Part shown: in pieces, positions 47,327 to 56,852 of the stretch
Numbering within the stretch: the stretch's first letter is position 1
How the letters are laid out: each line of letters opens with the position of its first letter
Assembly: GCA_036502185.1 (NCBI GenBank)
Contig: DASXYZ010000002.1
Coordinates: 2,688 to 66,687 of the forward strand
DNA: 64,000 nt
Source: Rhizomicrobium sp.
GTDB taxonomy: Bacteria > Pseudomonadota > Alphaproteobacteria > Micropepsales > Micropepsaceae
Reading direction: 5' to 3'
Program-made: the position numbers and the translations under genes
Notes under the pieces: model-generated
What the model saw: the letters and a program-made list of their open reading frames with translations, nothing else
The model's database searches: none
What the model was told of the DNA's origin: nothing

Positions 47327-48493
47327 ATGGCACACGACAGACGTTTGGCACCGGACACGGTGGCGGCCCATGCCGGCCGCATGAGCCGCGAGCATTTCGG
47401 CGTCGTCAACACGCCGGTCTATCGCGCCTCGACGATCCTCTACGACACGCTCGCCGCACTCGAAGCGGCGGACGCGCCCTATATTTATGGCCGGCTCGGC
47501 ACGCCGACGTCGCGCAGCCTGGAAGTGGCGGTGAGCGCGCTCGAAGGGGCGGCGGACAGCGTTCTTTGCCCGTCGGGCCTCTCCGCCATCACCACAGCGA
47601 TTCTGTCGGTCTGCGCCGCGGGCGATCATGTCCTCGTTACCGACAGCTGTTACGGCCCGACGCGCAGCTTTTGTGACAAGCTTTTGAAGCGCTATGGTAT
47701 CGAAACGACGATTTACGATCCGTGCATCGGCGCGAATATCCAAAATCTGTTCCGGTCCAACACCTGCGCGGTGTTCTGCGAAAGCCCCGGCTCGCTCACT
47801 TTCGAAGTGCAGGACATACCGGCGATCGCTGCCGTCGCGCACGCCCGTGGCGCCTCGGTCCTGCTCGACAACACCTGGGCGACGCCACTCTATTTCGATC
47901 CGTTCGGCCATGGGGTCGATCTTTCGATCCAGGCCGCGACGAAATATGTCGGCGGTCATGCCGATGTGATGCTGGGCTACGTGGCGGCAAACGAGCCACA
48001 CGCGAAGCGTCTTCGCGAGACTCACGAACAGCTCGGCCTTTGCGCAAGCGGCGACGACTGTTTCCTCGGCCTGCGCGGCCTGCGCACGATGCCGGTCCGC
48101 CTCGCCCGCCATCAGGATACTGCGCTCCGGCTCGCGCAGTTTCTCGAAAGCGAGCCTGCCATCGCGCGGGTGCTCCATCCGGCGCTCGAGAGCGATCCGG
48201 GCCATGCGCTGTGGACGCGCGACTTCAAGGGCGCAAGTGGATTGTTTGGTATTGTCCTTCGCCCCGTTTCGGATGCGGCGCTCGCCGCCTTCTTCGACGG
48301 ATTCGAAGTCTTCGGACGCGGCTACTCCTGGGGCGGCTATGAGAGCCTGATCGTCCCGGCGCATGTGCGTCGCACCGCGGGACCTTTCGCGGGCGAGGGA
48401 CCGCTCCTGCGCATCCACGCGGGCCTCGAAAACCCGGACGATCTTCTTGACGATCTGCGGCAGGGTTTTGCCCGCCTCGCCGCGCACGTCTGA
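47327..48493 (+). CDS. metC: Cystathionine beta-lyase
   Basis: VNTPVYRASTI, YGRLGTPT, PSGLSAI, DNTWATP, QAATKYVGGHADVM, SWGGYESL. Confidence 0.92.
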   Translation: MAHDRRLAPDTVAAHAGRMSREHFGVVNTPVYRASTILYDTLAALEAADAPYIYGRLGTPTSRSLEVAVSALEGAADSVLCPSGLSAITTAILSVCAAGDHVLVTDSCYGPTRSFCDKLLKRYGIETTIYDPCIGANIQNLFRSNTCAVFCESPGSLTFEVQDIPAIAAVAHARGASVLLDNTWATPLYFDPFGHGVDLSIQAATKYVGGHADVMLGYVAANEPHAKRLRETHEQLGLCASGDDCFLGLRGLRTMPVRLARHQDTALRLAQFLESEPAIARVLHPALESDPGHALWTRDFKGASGLFGIVLRPVSDAALAAFFDGFEVFGRGYSWGGYESLIVPAHVRRTAGPFAGEGPLLRIHAGLENPDDLLDDLRQGFARLAAHV

Positions 48494-48501
48494 ACCTGGC
48501 C

Positions 48502-49311
48502 GTGAGCCGTTCGCCAAGGCTCTATCACCGCCTGCACCAGGATCTCCTGATGGGCGACCGGCTTGCGCACTATCGCGCGCTGCTGCGGCGTCTCAAGGAT
48601 CTGGGCTACCGGTTTCATACCATGTCGGAGTATGTGGGGCTGGTTGCGCGCGGCGAGGCCTTCGCGGATCCCGTCTGTCTCCTGCGCAACGACATCGACA
48701 GCGATCCGGCGGGCGCCGTGCGCATGTTCGCTTGCGACTGCCAGGAAAACGTGCGCGCCACCTATTTCTTTCGCTTTTCCACGCTCGATCCCGATCTGGC
48801 CGCTCGGATAACGGCCCATGGAAGCGAAGTCGGTTATCACTACGAGGAAATCGCGACGGTCGCGCGCAAGCTCGGGCTTACGCGTGCAAGCGAGATCGAC
48901 GCGCACCTCGATGCGATCCGCGGCGCGTTCCGCAATAACGTGATCCGTTTCCGCGCGCGCGCGGGCGTCGCGGCGCGCATCATCGCCGCCCATGGCGATT
49001 TCCTCAACCGCCGACTCGGCGTCACTAACCGGCATCTGCTCACGCCCGCGCTCGGGCTCGAACTCGGTATCGTCGCGGATGCCTATGATCCCGTGCTCCA
49101 CGATCGGCTCGCCGCGCGTTTCTCCGACCGCCCCGCTCCGCAATGGTGGCGCCCCGCGGACCCGATGCAGGCGCTCGCCGAGCGCCCGGCCACGGTGTCC
49201 ATCCTCGTGCATCCCCGCCAATGGGTGTGTAGTCCGCTCCAAAACATGAAACTCGCTGTCACGCGCGGGGCGCACGAACTAACCTGGCGAGTCCGCGCCG
49301 CCTTTGGGTAG
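48502..49311 (+). CDS. Hypothetical protein, probable deacetylase-like fold
   Basis: LLRNDID, ATYFFRF, GSEVGYHYE, IAAHG, LVHPRQW. Confidence 0.6.
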   Translation: MSRSPRLYHRLHQDLLMGDRLAHYRALLRRLKDLGYRFHTMSEYVGLVARGEAFADPVCLLRNDIDSDPAGAVRMFACDCQENVRATYFFRFSTLDPDLAARITAHGSEVGYHYEEIATVARKLGLTRASEIDAHLDAIRGAFRNNVIRFRARAGVAARIIAAHGDFLNRRLGVTNRHLLTPALGLELGIVADAYDPVLHDRLAARFSDRPAPQWWRPADPMQALAERPATVSILVHPRQWVCSPLQNMKLAVTRGAHELTWRVRAAFG

Positions 49312-49354
49312 AACCCATTCTGGATCATTATAAGCATTCCAAACGTCCCTCCGG

Positions 49355-49440
49355 TGTCATTCCCGCGAAAGCGGGAACCCAGCAGCGTGACCTCTCAGGA
49401 AAAATCAGTGATCTGGGTCCCTGCTTTCGCAGGGATGACA
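49355..49440. repeat. REP-like palindrome (GTCATTCCCGCGAAAGCGGGAACCCAG type)
   Basis: TGTCATTCCCGCGAAAGCGGGAACCCAG ... CTGGGTCCCTGCTTTCGCAGGGATGACA between convergent genes. Confidence 0.88.
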
Positions 49441-49507
49441 ATTGTTTTTTGTAATGTTCGTCCGGGAAAAACACCAGGCAATCCACTTCGCGGATCAAGA
49501 TAACATC

Positions 49508-50813
49508 CTACGCGAACAGCGACTCGAGGTAGCGATTGAGAAACTTCCCGCGCGGGTCGAGCTTGCGGCGAAGGGTGCAAAAGCGTTCGAAACCGGGATA
49601 GAGGCTCGCGAGCTCGTTGCGCGTGCGGGAGTGGCGCTTGGCCCAGTGTGGGCGGCCGGCGTGGTTTCGGAAGATCGCTTCGCAGACGGTGAAGAGCGCC
49701 GTTGTGTCCACCTTGTGATACTGATGCACCGCAATGGTGACACTGTCGCGCTCGCAAAACGGGCTCAGCGGAATATCGTCCGCCGCCACCGTGCGGAATT
49801 CCAGCGGAAAGCCGGTGACAAGGCGCTTTTGGCGGATCTCCGCGACGATCTCGCGCAGGCAGTCCGCGCCGTTCGCAATCGGCAGCGCATATTCCATCTC
49901 GTTGAAGCGCACAGGACGTGCGCTGGGAAACACTTCGTGGCTCCATCGCACGCGCGCGGGCCCGGGCATTACCCGCGAAAACAGGCCGTGCACGGGCCGC
50001 GCGAGAAAAGGCAGATAGGGCAGCACCTCGTTCAAACCCGCGAACACGCGCTCCTCAAGACCACAGCGTGCGCCGCGCCGGCGCAAGGTCTCCGCGCTGA
50101 CCGGCACGGGCGCGGGTCTGTCTGTTTCGTTTAGTGTCTTGCAGATCGCTACGTCGGAAAACGCGAACCAGAAGAACTCGAAATACCGGTTCCTGGTAAT
50201 CAGCTCGTCGAGCCGCTCGAACAGTTCGCCCGAGCGCAGAAAGAAATTATCCTCGATCAGCCCGTAGCGCGGTCGCAGCGACAGCGTGATCTCCGTCATC
50301 ACGCCGAGCGTACCGAGCGCCACGCGGCAGGCACGGAAGATCTCCGCATTGTCCTCGGGCGTACAGTTGAGCACCGAACCATCGGCGAGAATGAGCCGGA
50401 AGCCCGCGACATGGGCCGACAGGCAGCGAAGCGTGCGGCCCGTGCCGTGGGTGGCCGTGGCGACCGCGCCCGCGAGCGTCTGCCGGTCGATGTCCCCCAT
50501 GTTGTTGAGCGCCAGACCATGCGGATGAAGCGCGGGCCCGATCGCCCAGAGCGGCGTCGCCGCAAAAAACGTGGCACGTTCCGTTTCCGGCGATGCGCTT
50601 CTGAGCCCCGAACGCCGCCAGATCGAGGAGATCGCCGTCGCTTGCCGCAATTGGCGTAAAGGAATGCCCGCTTCCGGCCGCGCGGATCGGTCCCTCAGCG
50701 CTGCGAATGACCGCCGCGAGATCCATCTCGTTCGGCGGCGCAAGCACCCGGGCTGGGCGGGATTTCACCCCGCCCGACCAGTTCCGCCATTTGCCGCCGA
50801 CGAGTTGGACCAT
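49508..50813 (-). CDS. D-arabinono-1,4-lactone oxidase family FAD oxidoreductase, with a frameshift at ~50607
   Basis: N-part W.NWSG..., AAGSGHSFTP; C-part NMGDID.QTLAGA.ATATHGTG, RFNEMEY, GRPHWAK; the frames switch in a G4 run. Confidence 0.8.
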
Positions 50814-50856
50814 CGTCGCGAGAAAACGACCGGAGCCGGAAAAAGCCTTGGCTTTC

Positions 50857-53115
50857 TCAGTGTCCGTTCAACACGCGCATCGCCTGATCGAGGCGTGCGC
50901 TGTAAGCATCGAGCGCATCGGCGGTGAGTTTCGCGTAGCGGTCCGCGTCGGCGAAGCGTTCGTCCTCGATGCCTTCGCGCACGCCGGGCAGCGTCTTCAC
51001 GCCATAGCCGGTGTTGCGGCCAGGTGCATAGACGAGATTGCGATACCAGTTGCGCCCCGGCAGGCCAACAGCGGGCGCGAGCGTCTGATCGATGCCATCC
51101 ATGATGGCGCGCAGCCGCGCGCGGTTCGTATCGCTGAGCGCGGCGCCGTGTGCCGCCACCGCCGCATCATAGGCGTGCGCGCTGTTCTGCAGCCGTTTCA
51201 CCGCCGCATCGAGTGGCGCGAAGTCGATCTGCGGCACCGGCTTGAGCGCCACCGGTGGACCGCTTGTCTTGGTAGGATCGGCCGACAGCGCAAAGGCACG
51301 GTCGCTCAGCATCGCGGCCTGGGTCTGCGCCTGTTCGCGTCTGTCCTTCGCGAGCTTTTTGATCTCGCCCAGATCGGCCGCCACAGCATCGGCAAAATCG
51401 CCCGCCTGCTCGAGTGGCATGGCGGAATCGGCGGCGCGGATCATCAGCCATCCGATCGTCTTTGCGAGCAGTGCGTCGTAGACGAAGCCCGGATCGACGA
51501 AACGGCTATGATGCTCGAACGTATCGTAGCGCGAGTGATAAACGCCGCCCGAATCGCCTTCTTCGCCAAAGCCGAGATTGAGCGCCGGCAGGCCCAGATG
51601 ATCGAGGAAGCTCGAATAGTCGGAACCGGAACCGATCGCCGCGATGGGAAAATCTTTCTTCCCGTTGGCGGCAATTTTCGCGTCGGCCTTTGCCTCGTCC
51701 GTCGCGTCTGGCGCGAGCGCGTCGTCGCGAATTTTTGCGCGCAGCCTCTTGCCGATGGTGGCGTGGGTTTCCGGATCCTCGACCTCGCCCGCGATGGCAT
51801 TGACGAAATGCGTGAGGTCCTGGCTGCCGCCCGGGCGGAAGAATCCGCGCGCGTTGGAATCGCTGTTGACGTACAGAACCGCGTGCCGCTTGAGGTCGTC
51901 CGCGTGCGCTTCGGCCCATTCGGTCGAGCCGAGCAGCATGGGCTCTTCGCCGTCCCAACTCGTATAGACGATCGTGCGTTTCGGCCGCCAGCCTTCCTTT
52001 GCAAGCCCGCCGAGCGCCTTGGCTTCGGCCAGCAGCGCCACCTGGCCTGACAGCGGATCGGTGGCGCCGAACACCCAGCCGTCATGGTGATTGCCGCGCA
52101 CCACCCATTCGTCGGGCCAGGTCGAACCCTTGAGGGTGGCGATCACATCGTAGATCGGCCGAAGCTTCCAGTCGGATTTGACGCGCAGATGCACGACCGC
52201 CGGGCCCGGACCGACGTGATAGGTGATGGGAAGCGCGCCGCGCCAATCGGGCGGCACCACATCGCCGCCGAGCGCGGCAAGAAACACCTGGGCGTCCGCG
52301 TACGACATCGGCAGCACCGGAATCTTGAGAATGGTCGGCGATTGCGCGCGCGTGAGCCGCTTCGCATCGGGCGTCGCCGCGATTCCCGGCGTCAGGGGAT
52401 CGCCCGGATAAAGCGTCATGTCCGCAACGGAGCCGCGCTGGATGCCGTGCGGCGGACGCGCGGGACCTTCGGGATAGGTCTCGTCAACCGCATAACCATC
52501 GTCGGCGGGATCGGAATAGATGAGGCAGCCGATCGCGCCGTGCTCCTGTGCAAGTCGCGGCTTCAATCCGCGCCAGCCCTTGCCGTAGCGCGCAATCACG
52601 ATCGCGCCTTTCACGTCCACGCCCATGCGCGCCAGCGCCTTGTAATCGTCGGGCATGCCGTAATTGACGTAGACGAGCTTCGCGGTCACGTCGCCGTCAC
52701 CCTGATAGGCGACATAGGCCGGCAGCGCGGGCTCGGTCGCCGTCGCGCTTGTATCGCCTGGGATGGGTGGCTCCTGGAGCAGCGCCTTGTAAGGTTTGGG
52801 CGAGACCAGCTCGAGCGTTTCGTCGATCGGTGTCGGATAGAGCACGTCGAAGGTCTCGATATGCGCGTCCCAGCCCCAGTCCTTGAACCGGGCGAGAATC
52901 CATTGCGCGTTCTTCGCGTCGTGCGGCGAACCCACATGGTTCGGCTCGGCCGCGAGCAGCTTCATCCAGTCGCGGAGGTCAGAGGGATTGATCGCTGCGT
53001 CAAGCTTCTGCTGGAGCGCCGCATCGTCCGCCGCCAGAGCACTCGGAGCTCCAGCCGCGGGTACGGCCACTGCAAGGAAAATACCGGTGATTGCACCGGA
53101 AAAGCCAACATGCAT
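50857..53115 (-). CDS. M28 glutamate carboxypeptidase II-like peptidase (PA and transferrin-receptor dimerisation domains)
   Basis: Signal peptide; GIQRGSV, GNHHDGW..GATDP.SG, WDGEE..LLGSTEW, GSGSDY, YHSRYDTF. Confidence 0.9.
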   Translation of the reverse strand: MHVGFSGAITGIFLAVAVPAAGAPSALAADDAALQQKLDAAINPSDLRDWMKLLAAEPNHVGSPHDAKNAQWILARFKDWGWDAHIETFDVLYPTPIDETLELVSPKPYKALLQEPPIPGDTSATATEPALPAYVAYQGDGDVTAKLVYVNYGMPDDYKALARMGVDVKGAIVIARYGKGWRGLKPRLAQEHGAIGCLIYSDPADDGYAVDETYPEGPARPPHGIQRGSVADMTLYPGDPLTPGIAATPDAKRLTRAQSPTILKIPVLPMSYADAQVFLAALGGDVVPPDWRGALPITYHVGPGPAVVHLRVKSDWKLRPIYDVIATLKGSTWPDEWVVRGNHHDGWVFGATDPLSGQVALLAEAKALGGLAKEGWRPKRTIVYTSWDGEEPMLLGSTEWAEAHADDLKRHAVLYVNSDSNARGFFRPGGSQDLTHFVNAIAGEVEDPETHATIGKRLRAKIRDDALAPDATDEAKADAKIAANGKKDFPIAAIGSGSDYSSFLDHLGLPALNLGFGEEGDSGGVYHSRYDTFEHHSRFVDPGFVYDALLAKTIGWLMIRAADSAMPLEQAGDFADAVAADLGEIKKLAKDRREQAQTQAAMLSDRAFALSADPTKTSGPPVALKPVPQIDFAPLDAAVKRLQNSAHAYDAAVAAHGAALSDTNRARLRAIMDGIDQTLAPAVGLPGRNWYRNLVYAPGRNTGYGVKTLPGVREGIEDERFADADRYAKLTADALDAYSARLDQAMRVLNGH

Positions 53116-53267
53116 GCGCGAACATCCCGCTCTGAACCTGTCGGCGGGACACTACTCATCCCGCCACGAATGGCGGTAGGTGCATTTCGTCGCGCAGTCG
53201 GAAGCCTTGGCACGGAGCGTTGCGCCGCGTAATGATTCCCGCCCGGTTGGGTTGCGGGGGGTCGCAG

Positions 53268-54164
53268 ATGTGGGCGCGTTGGGCCGTTCTCCTTGCGGGG
53301 TGCATCGCGCTATGCGGCTGCGGACCAAGTCTCAAGGATTTCGCCGAAACCGGGATGAACTCATCGGCACCGAAGTACAACACGACGGAATGCTTGGCAG
53401 CGCGGCAGGAGGCGATCCGCGCCGCGGACAAAGCAGTCGCCGAATCGGTATTGATTCTCGGCGCAGATGCGCTTGCGGTCGCGACGCTACCGGTCGCGCC
53501 TGTCGTCATCCCCAGTTTTGCCAATCAGAGCCGGGGCGCCGTGCACAATCTTCGGCAATCCTGCGGGGAAGAATCCTTTCTGCCCCTCCTTGAGAACAAG
53601 GCGCGCGAGGGGGATGCAAATGCCGAGGCATGGATGGGACAGGCTTACGACAATGGAACTGTCGTGAAAAAGGACCCCGCGCAGGCCGTGTATTGGTACA
53701 AGCTCGCCGCGGTACAAGGGAACACCGATGCCGAGATCAATCTGGGTGCCCACTACGCGGCGGGTAATGGCGTCGCGAAAGATGACGCCCGCGCCATCGA
53801 ACTGTGGCAAGCGGCCGCCCGGCACCGCATCCCGCAGGCGGAAACCAACCTCGGACAGTTCTACGAGGACGGACGCGGTGTCGCGCGGGATTTTTCAAAG
53901 GCAGAGCAATTCTGCCGCGCCGCCGCTGTCCAGGGATTCGGCGACGCCCAGTTCCTGCTTGGCGGAATGTATGAAAAGGGAGAGGGCGTTCCGCAAAGCG
54001 ATGTCGTCGCATATCGCTGGTACATTCTTGCCGACCGAAACGGCGCGAAAGGCACGGATGAGAGGCGCACGCCGCTCATGCAGCGGCTTTCGCAAAACGA
54101 CAAGAACGTTGCCGACCGGCAGGCGCAGCACTGCCTCGACACGCTGTACAACGAGTGCCCGTGA
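53268..54164 (+). CDS. Sel1-repeat lipoprotein
   Basis: Lipobox LCGC; about four Sel1 repeats (A..WY..AA.QG...A..NLG..Y..G.GV.KD). Confidence 0.85.
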   Translation: MWARWAVLLAGCIALCGCGPSLKDFAETGMNSSAPKYNTTECLAARQEAIRAADKAVAESVLILGADALAVATLPVAPVVIPSFANQSRGAVHNLRQSCGEESFLPLLENKAREGDANAEAWMGQAYDNGTVVKKDPAQAVYWYKLAAVQGNTDAEINLGAHYAAGNGVAKDDARAIELWQAAARHRIPQAETNLGQFYEDGRGVARDFSKAEQFCRAAAVQGFGDAQFLLGGMYEKGEGVPQSDVVAYRWYILADRNGAKGTDERRTPLMQRLSQNDKNVADRQAQHCLDTLYNECP

Positions 54165-54214
54165 GTTTCAGTGGGCGAGAGCTGCGCCCGACATTGGGAC
54201 GACATTTTCGCGAG

Positions 54215-54291
54215 TGGTGACCCCGGCAGGAATCGAACCTGCGACCCGCTGCTTAGAAGGCAGCTGCTCTAGTCCGCTGAGCTACGGGGCC
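54215..54291 (-). tRNA. tRNA-Arg (UCU)
   Basis: GGCCCCG..TAGCTCAG..GCTGC-CTTCTAA-GCAGC..GGTTCGATTCC..CGGGGTC-A-CCA. Confidence 0.95.
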
Positions 54292-54417
54292 TGACGGGGT
54301 TCATCTATCAGCTATCCGCACCCGAAATCAAAGACAACAACGGCACGGTGCTCGCGCCTTTCCCGGCCATATTGGGTTTGCAACGTCAGTGTTTCATCTC
54401 GCTTTTGCGGTCTGTCC

Positions 54418-54658
54418 TTTCCTCCCCCGGCGCGAATGCGCTGGGGGAGGGGGACCGCGAAGCGGTGGAGGGTGTTCGCGATCGATGCGCGCGTTCTGGC
54501 CGGCCAAACTGTGTTACGCATCTCGCTCACTAGCCGGACCTTTGCGGCTCAAGAAACACGGGCCGCATGTGTAATCCAGCTGCGGCCGTCGCATTCTCGG
54601 CGGCAGGCCCCCTCCACCGCTTCGCGGTCCCCCTCCCCCGCCTTGGGCGGTGAGGAAA
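54418..54658. repeat. Palindromic REP/MITE-like element, same family as the nuoM insertion
   Basis: Ends TTTCCTC / GAGGAAA; long inverted match GGGAGGGGGACCGCGAAGCGGTGGAGGG vs CCCTCCACCGCTTCGCGGTCCCCCTCCC around a ~130-bp core. Confidence 0.85.
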
Positions 54659-54693
54659 ATGTGGGTCCGCACCGACGCTGCGATGACCGTCCG

Positions 54694-55002
54694 TCAATGC
54701 GTCCAGGGAATCTTCCGGTCGAAGCGAAAATTGTCGGAATAGGATTTGGGCCGGGCCTTGGACGGATGCGCATCGAAGACCTGATAGGGAATCTCGTGCC
54801 GCTTCGCGTAGGCGACCGCTTCCTCTTTGGTATCGAATTCGAGCACGACCTGGCTGCGCATGTCGTCGGAACTCGTCCAGCCCATGAGCGGCTCGACGGT
54901 GCGCGGCCGCTCCGGCTCGAACTCCAGCACCCAATGTTTGGTCAGCGCGCGGCCGGCCTGCATCGCGGTGCGCGCCGGGCGATAAATTCTCGCAAGCATC
55001 AC
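54694..55002 (-). CDS. ETC complex I accessory subunit (NDUFS4-like)
   Basis: ARIYRPARTAMQAG, W.LEFE, EPLMGWTSS.D...QV.L.F..KE.A, SYSDNF. Confidence 0.92.
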   Translation of the reverse strand: MMLARIYRPARTAMQAGRALTKHWVLEFEPERPRTVEPLMGWTSSDDMRSQVVLEFDTKEEAVAYAKRHEIPYQVFDAHPSKARPKSYSDNFRFDRKIPWTH

Positions 55003-55032
55003 GTCACCAAATAATCTTAAGTTCCGGCCGGT

Positions 55033-55109
55033 TGGTCGGGGCGGCGTGATTCGAACACGCGACCCTCTGCTCCCAAAGCAGATGCGCTACCAGGCTGCGC
55101 CACGCCCCG
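55033..55109 (-). tRNA. tRNA-Pro (UGG)
   Basis: CGGGGCG..TGGCGCAGCCTGGTAGCGC..TTTGGGA..GTTCGAATC..CGCCCCG-A-CCA. Confidence 0.96.
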
Positions 55110-55228
55110 ACAGTACCAGCAGTTCCGCCATCCAGGTTCGGACCGTCATCCAGATTTGACAGTGCCACAACGAAGCCAAAATGGTTTGGGTCCTCCCAGA
55201 CGTCAAGCACCTTTGATGAGTGCTCCCC

Positions 55229-56245
55229 TCACCGCGTCCGCACAAAGCCGTGGAAGTTAAAGCCGTCGGCCGTGTAATAACCCACAATCGTCCGGTCGTT
55301 ATTGACGGACAAGGGGATGGTCTCGATGGATCCCGGTGGATCGAAAACCGAAATCTTTCCCGCCGATGTACGCAGGAAACCGTGAGCCGGCGAGCTATCG
55401 TCGGAGCAAGCTCCTGCAGTATCCTGCTTATCGTTCATCGCGAATGGAATCGTTGCATTATCTCCCGGCACGCCAAAAATGGTAAAGGTCCCGTCCCCGG
55501 CGCGCAAAAAGCCGTCGTAAGCTGCGATGTTGCCGGGGATTTGGAAAGATCCGGCGATCTCGCCATACCGGTTGATACCGGCTGGCTCGGTGTCCTGCGA
55601 GCCGGATGGATCGAAGGCGGTGATGACACCGTCAGAGGTCCGAAGAAAGCCGTGTGACTCGCCGCTGCCGTCGACGAAATTTCCGGCGATCGAACCCTCA
55701 TCATTGATAGAGGCCGTTTGGGTAAAAGTCGATCCGGGCGGGTCGAAAACTGCCATTTTACCATTGGATTTGCGCTCGTAGCCGTGAGATGTGCCATCGC
55801 GCTTATGAAGAATTCCGGCAACGTCGCCGTGGCTATTGATGGACACCGGACACGAACCCTTCGTGTCGAAAATCGTGAACGTGCCGTCCGGCGCGCGCAA
55901 GTAGCCATGATAGACGGAATTGGGATCAATATAGCATCCGGCAATTGTGCCACTGCGATTGATGGCACTTGCGGCCGTGTTGATCGATTCAGTCACATCG
56001 AACGAGATGATAGTGCCGTCGCTGTTCCGCACGAAACCGTGATAAGTCTGGCTTCCATCCTCGTAATACCCAGTAATGACACCCGAGGCATTGATGCCCT
56101 CAGGATGGGTGAGCACCGCTCCAGGAGGATCGAACGTTGTGATCGTGGCGCCGGCGAATGCCGGTACGGACAATCCGGACACGCATGCGGCCAAACAAGC
56201 CACGGCAGCGTCCATTCGAATTTCCAACCGATATCTGTTTCTCAT
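55229..56245 (-). CDS. Secreted 7-repeat HAF-like beta-propeller protein
   Basis: Signal peptide (AFA); seven ~44-aa repeats FDPPGS..T....IN..G.IAG...D....HGFLR. Confidence 0.8.
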   Translation of the reverse strand: MRNRYRLEIRMDAAVACLAACVSGLSVPAFAGATITTFDPPGAVLTHPEGINASGVITGYYEDGSQTYHGFVRNSDGTIISFDVTESINTAASAINRSGTIAGCYIDPNSVYHGYLRAPDGTFTIFDTKGSCPVSINSHGDVAGILHKRDGTSHGYERKSNGKMAVFDPPGSTFTQTASINDEGSIAGNFVDGSGESHGFLRTSDGVITAFDPSGSQDTEPAGINRYGEIAGSFQIPGNIAAYDGFLRAGDGTFTIFGVPGDNATIPFAMNDKQDTAGACSDDSSPAHGFLRTSAGKISVFDPPGSIETIPLSVNNDRTIVGYYTADGFNFHGFVRTR

Positions 56246-56307
56246 TGAGCTCGCTTCCTCAAGAAATCCGAAATCTTCGTCGCTGGGTGCACAATCATCG
56301 CCGCGCG

Positions 56308-56796
56308 TCACTTCTGCCCCGGCAGCGCGTTGCCGAAGATCGCGTTGTGGACGCGCTGGCCGGGCTCGATGCCGAGGGCCGCGGCGCGGCCCCCGTTGAT
56401 TTCGAGGACGGCGCGCACCCGCTCATACGAGGGAATGGGTGTTTCCGAATAGGGCGTCGCCTCCTGCGCGATCGACGAAATCGTCCCGTCGGCGCGAATG
56501 AAGAGCATGTCGAGCGGCAGAATGGTATTCTTCATCCAGAAGGTCTGGAAGGCCGGCGTGTGAAAATCGAACAGCATGCCGGCATTCGGCGCGAGCTTTG
56601 TACGAAACATCAGGCCGCGTTCCTGCGACGCCGGGTCGCCGGCAATTTCGGTGGTGAAGCGGACCGCGCCGTGCCCGGAATCGATCACAACGGACGTGAC
56701 GGGCAACGGCGCATTGGCTTTCGGAATTGCCGCGTCTGCCTTGCTCACGGCAACCACGAACGCCACGGCGAGCGCGGCGAGACAAACGTTCTTCAT
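56308..56796 (-). CDS. DUF192 family protein
   Basis: ERGLMFR..L....GMLFDF, FWMKNTILPLDMLFI, AVLEINGG. Confidence 0.92.
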   Translation of the reverse strand: MKNVCLAALAVAFVVAVSKADAAIPKANAPLPVTSVVIDSGHGAVRFTTEIAGDPASQERGLMFRTKLAPNAGMLFDFHTPAFQTFWMKNTILPLDMLFIRADGTISSIAQEATPYSETPIPSYERVRAVLEINGGRAAALGIEPGQRVHNAIFGNALPGQK

Positions 56797-56852
56797 TTCC
56801 GGAAACCAATAGCGGACGCGGACCGCAGACTGCCACAAGCGTCGCGGGCGAT

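Noticed and set aside
53204-53218. Sigma-54-like TGGCACGGAGCGTTGC upstream of the Sel1 gene
   Set aside because: GG-to-GC spacing is 11 nt rather than the strict 10
54312-54530. 72-aa ORF upstream of tRNA-Arg
   Set aside because: It starts inside the repeat element, has no RBS and no recognisable motif
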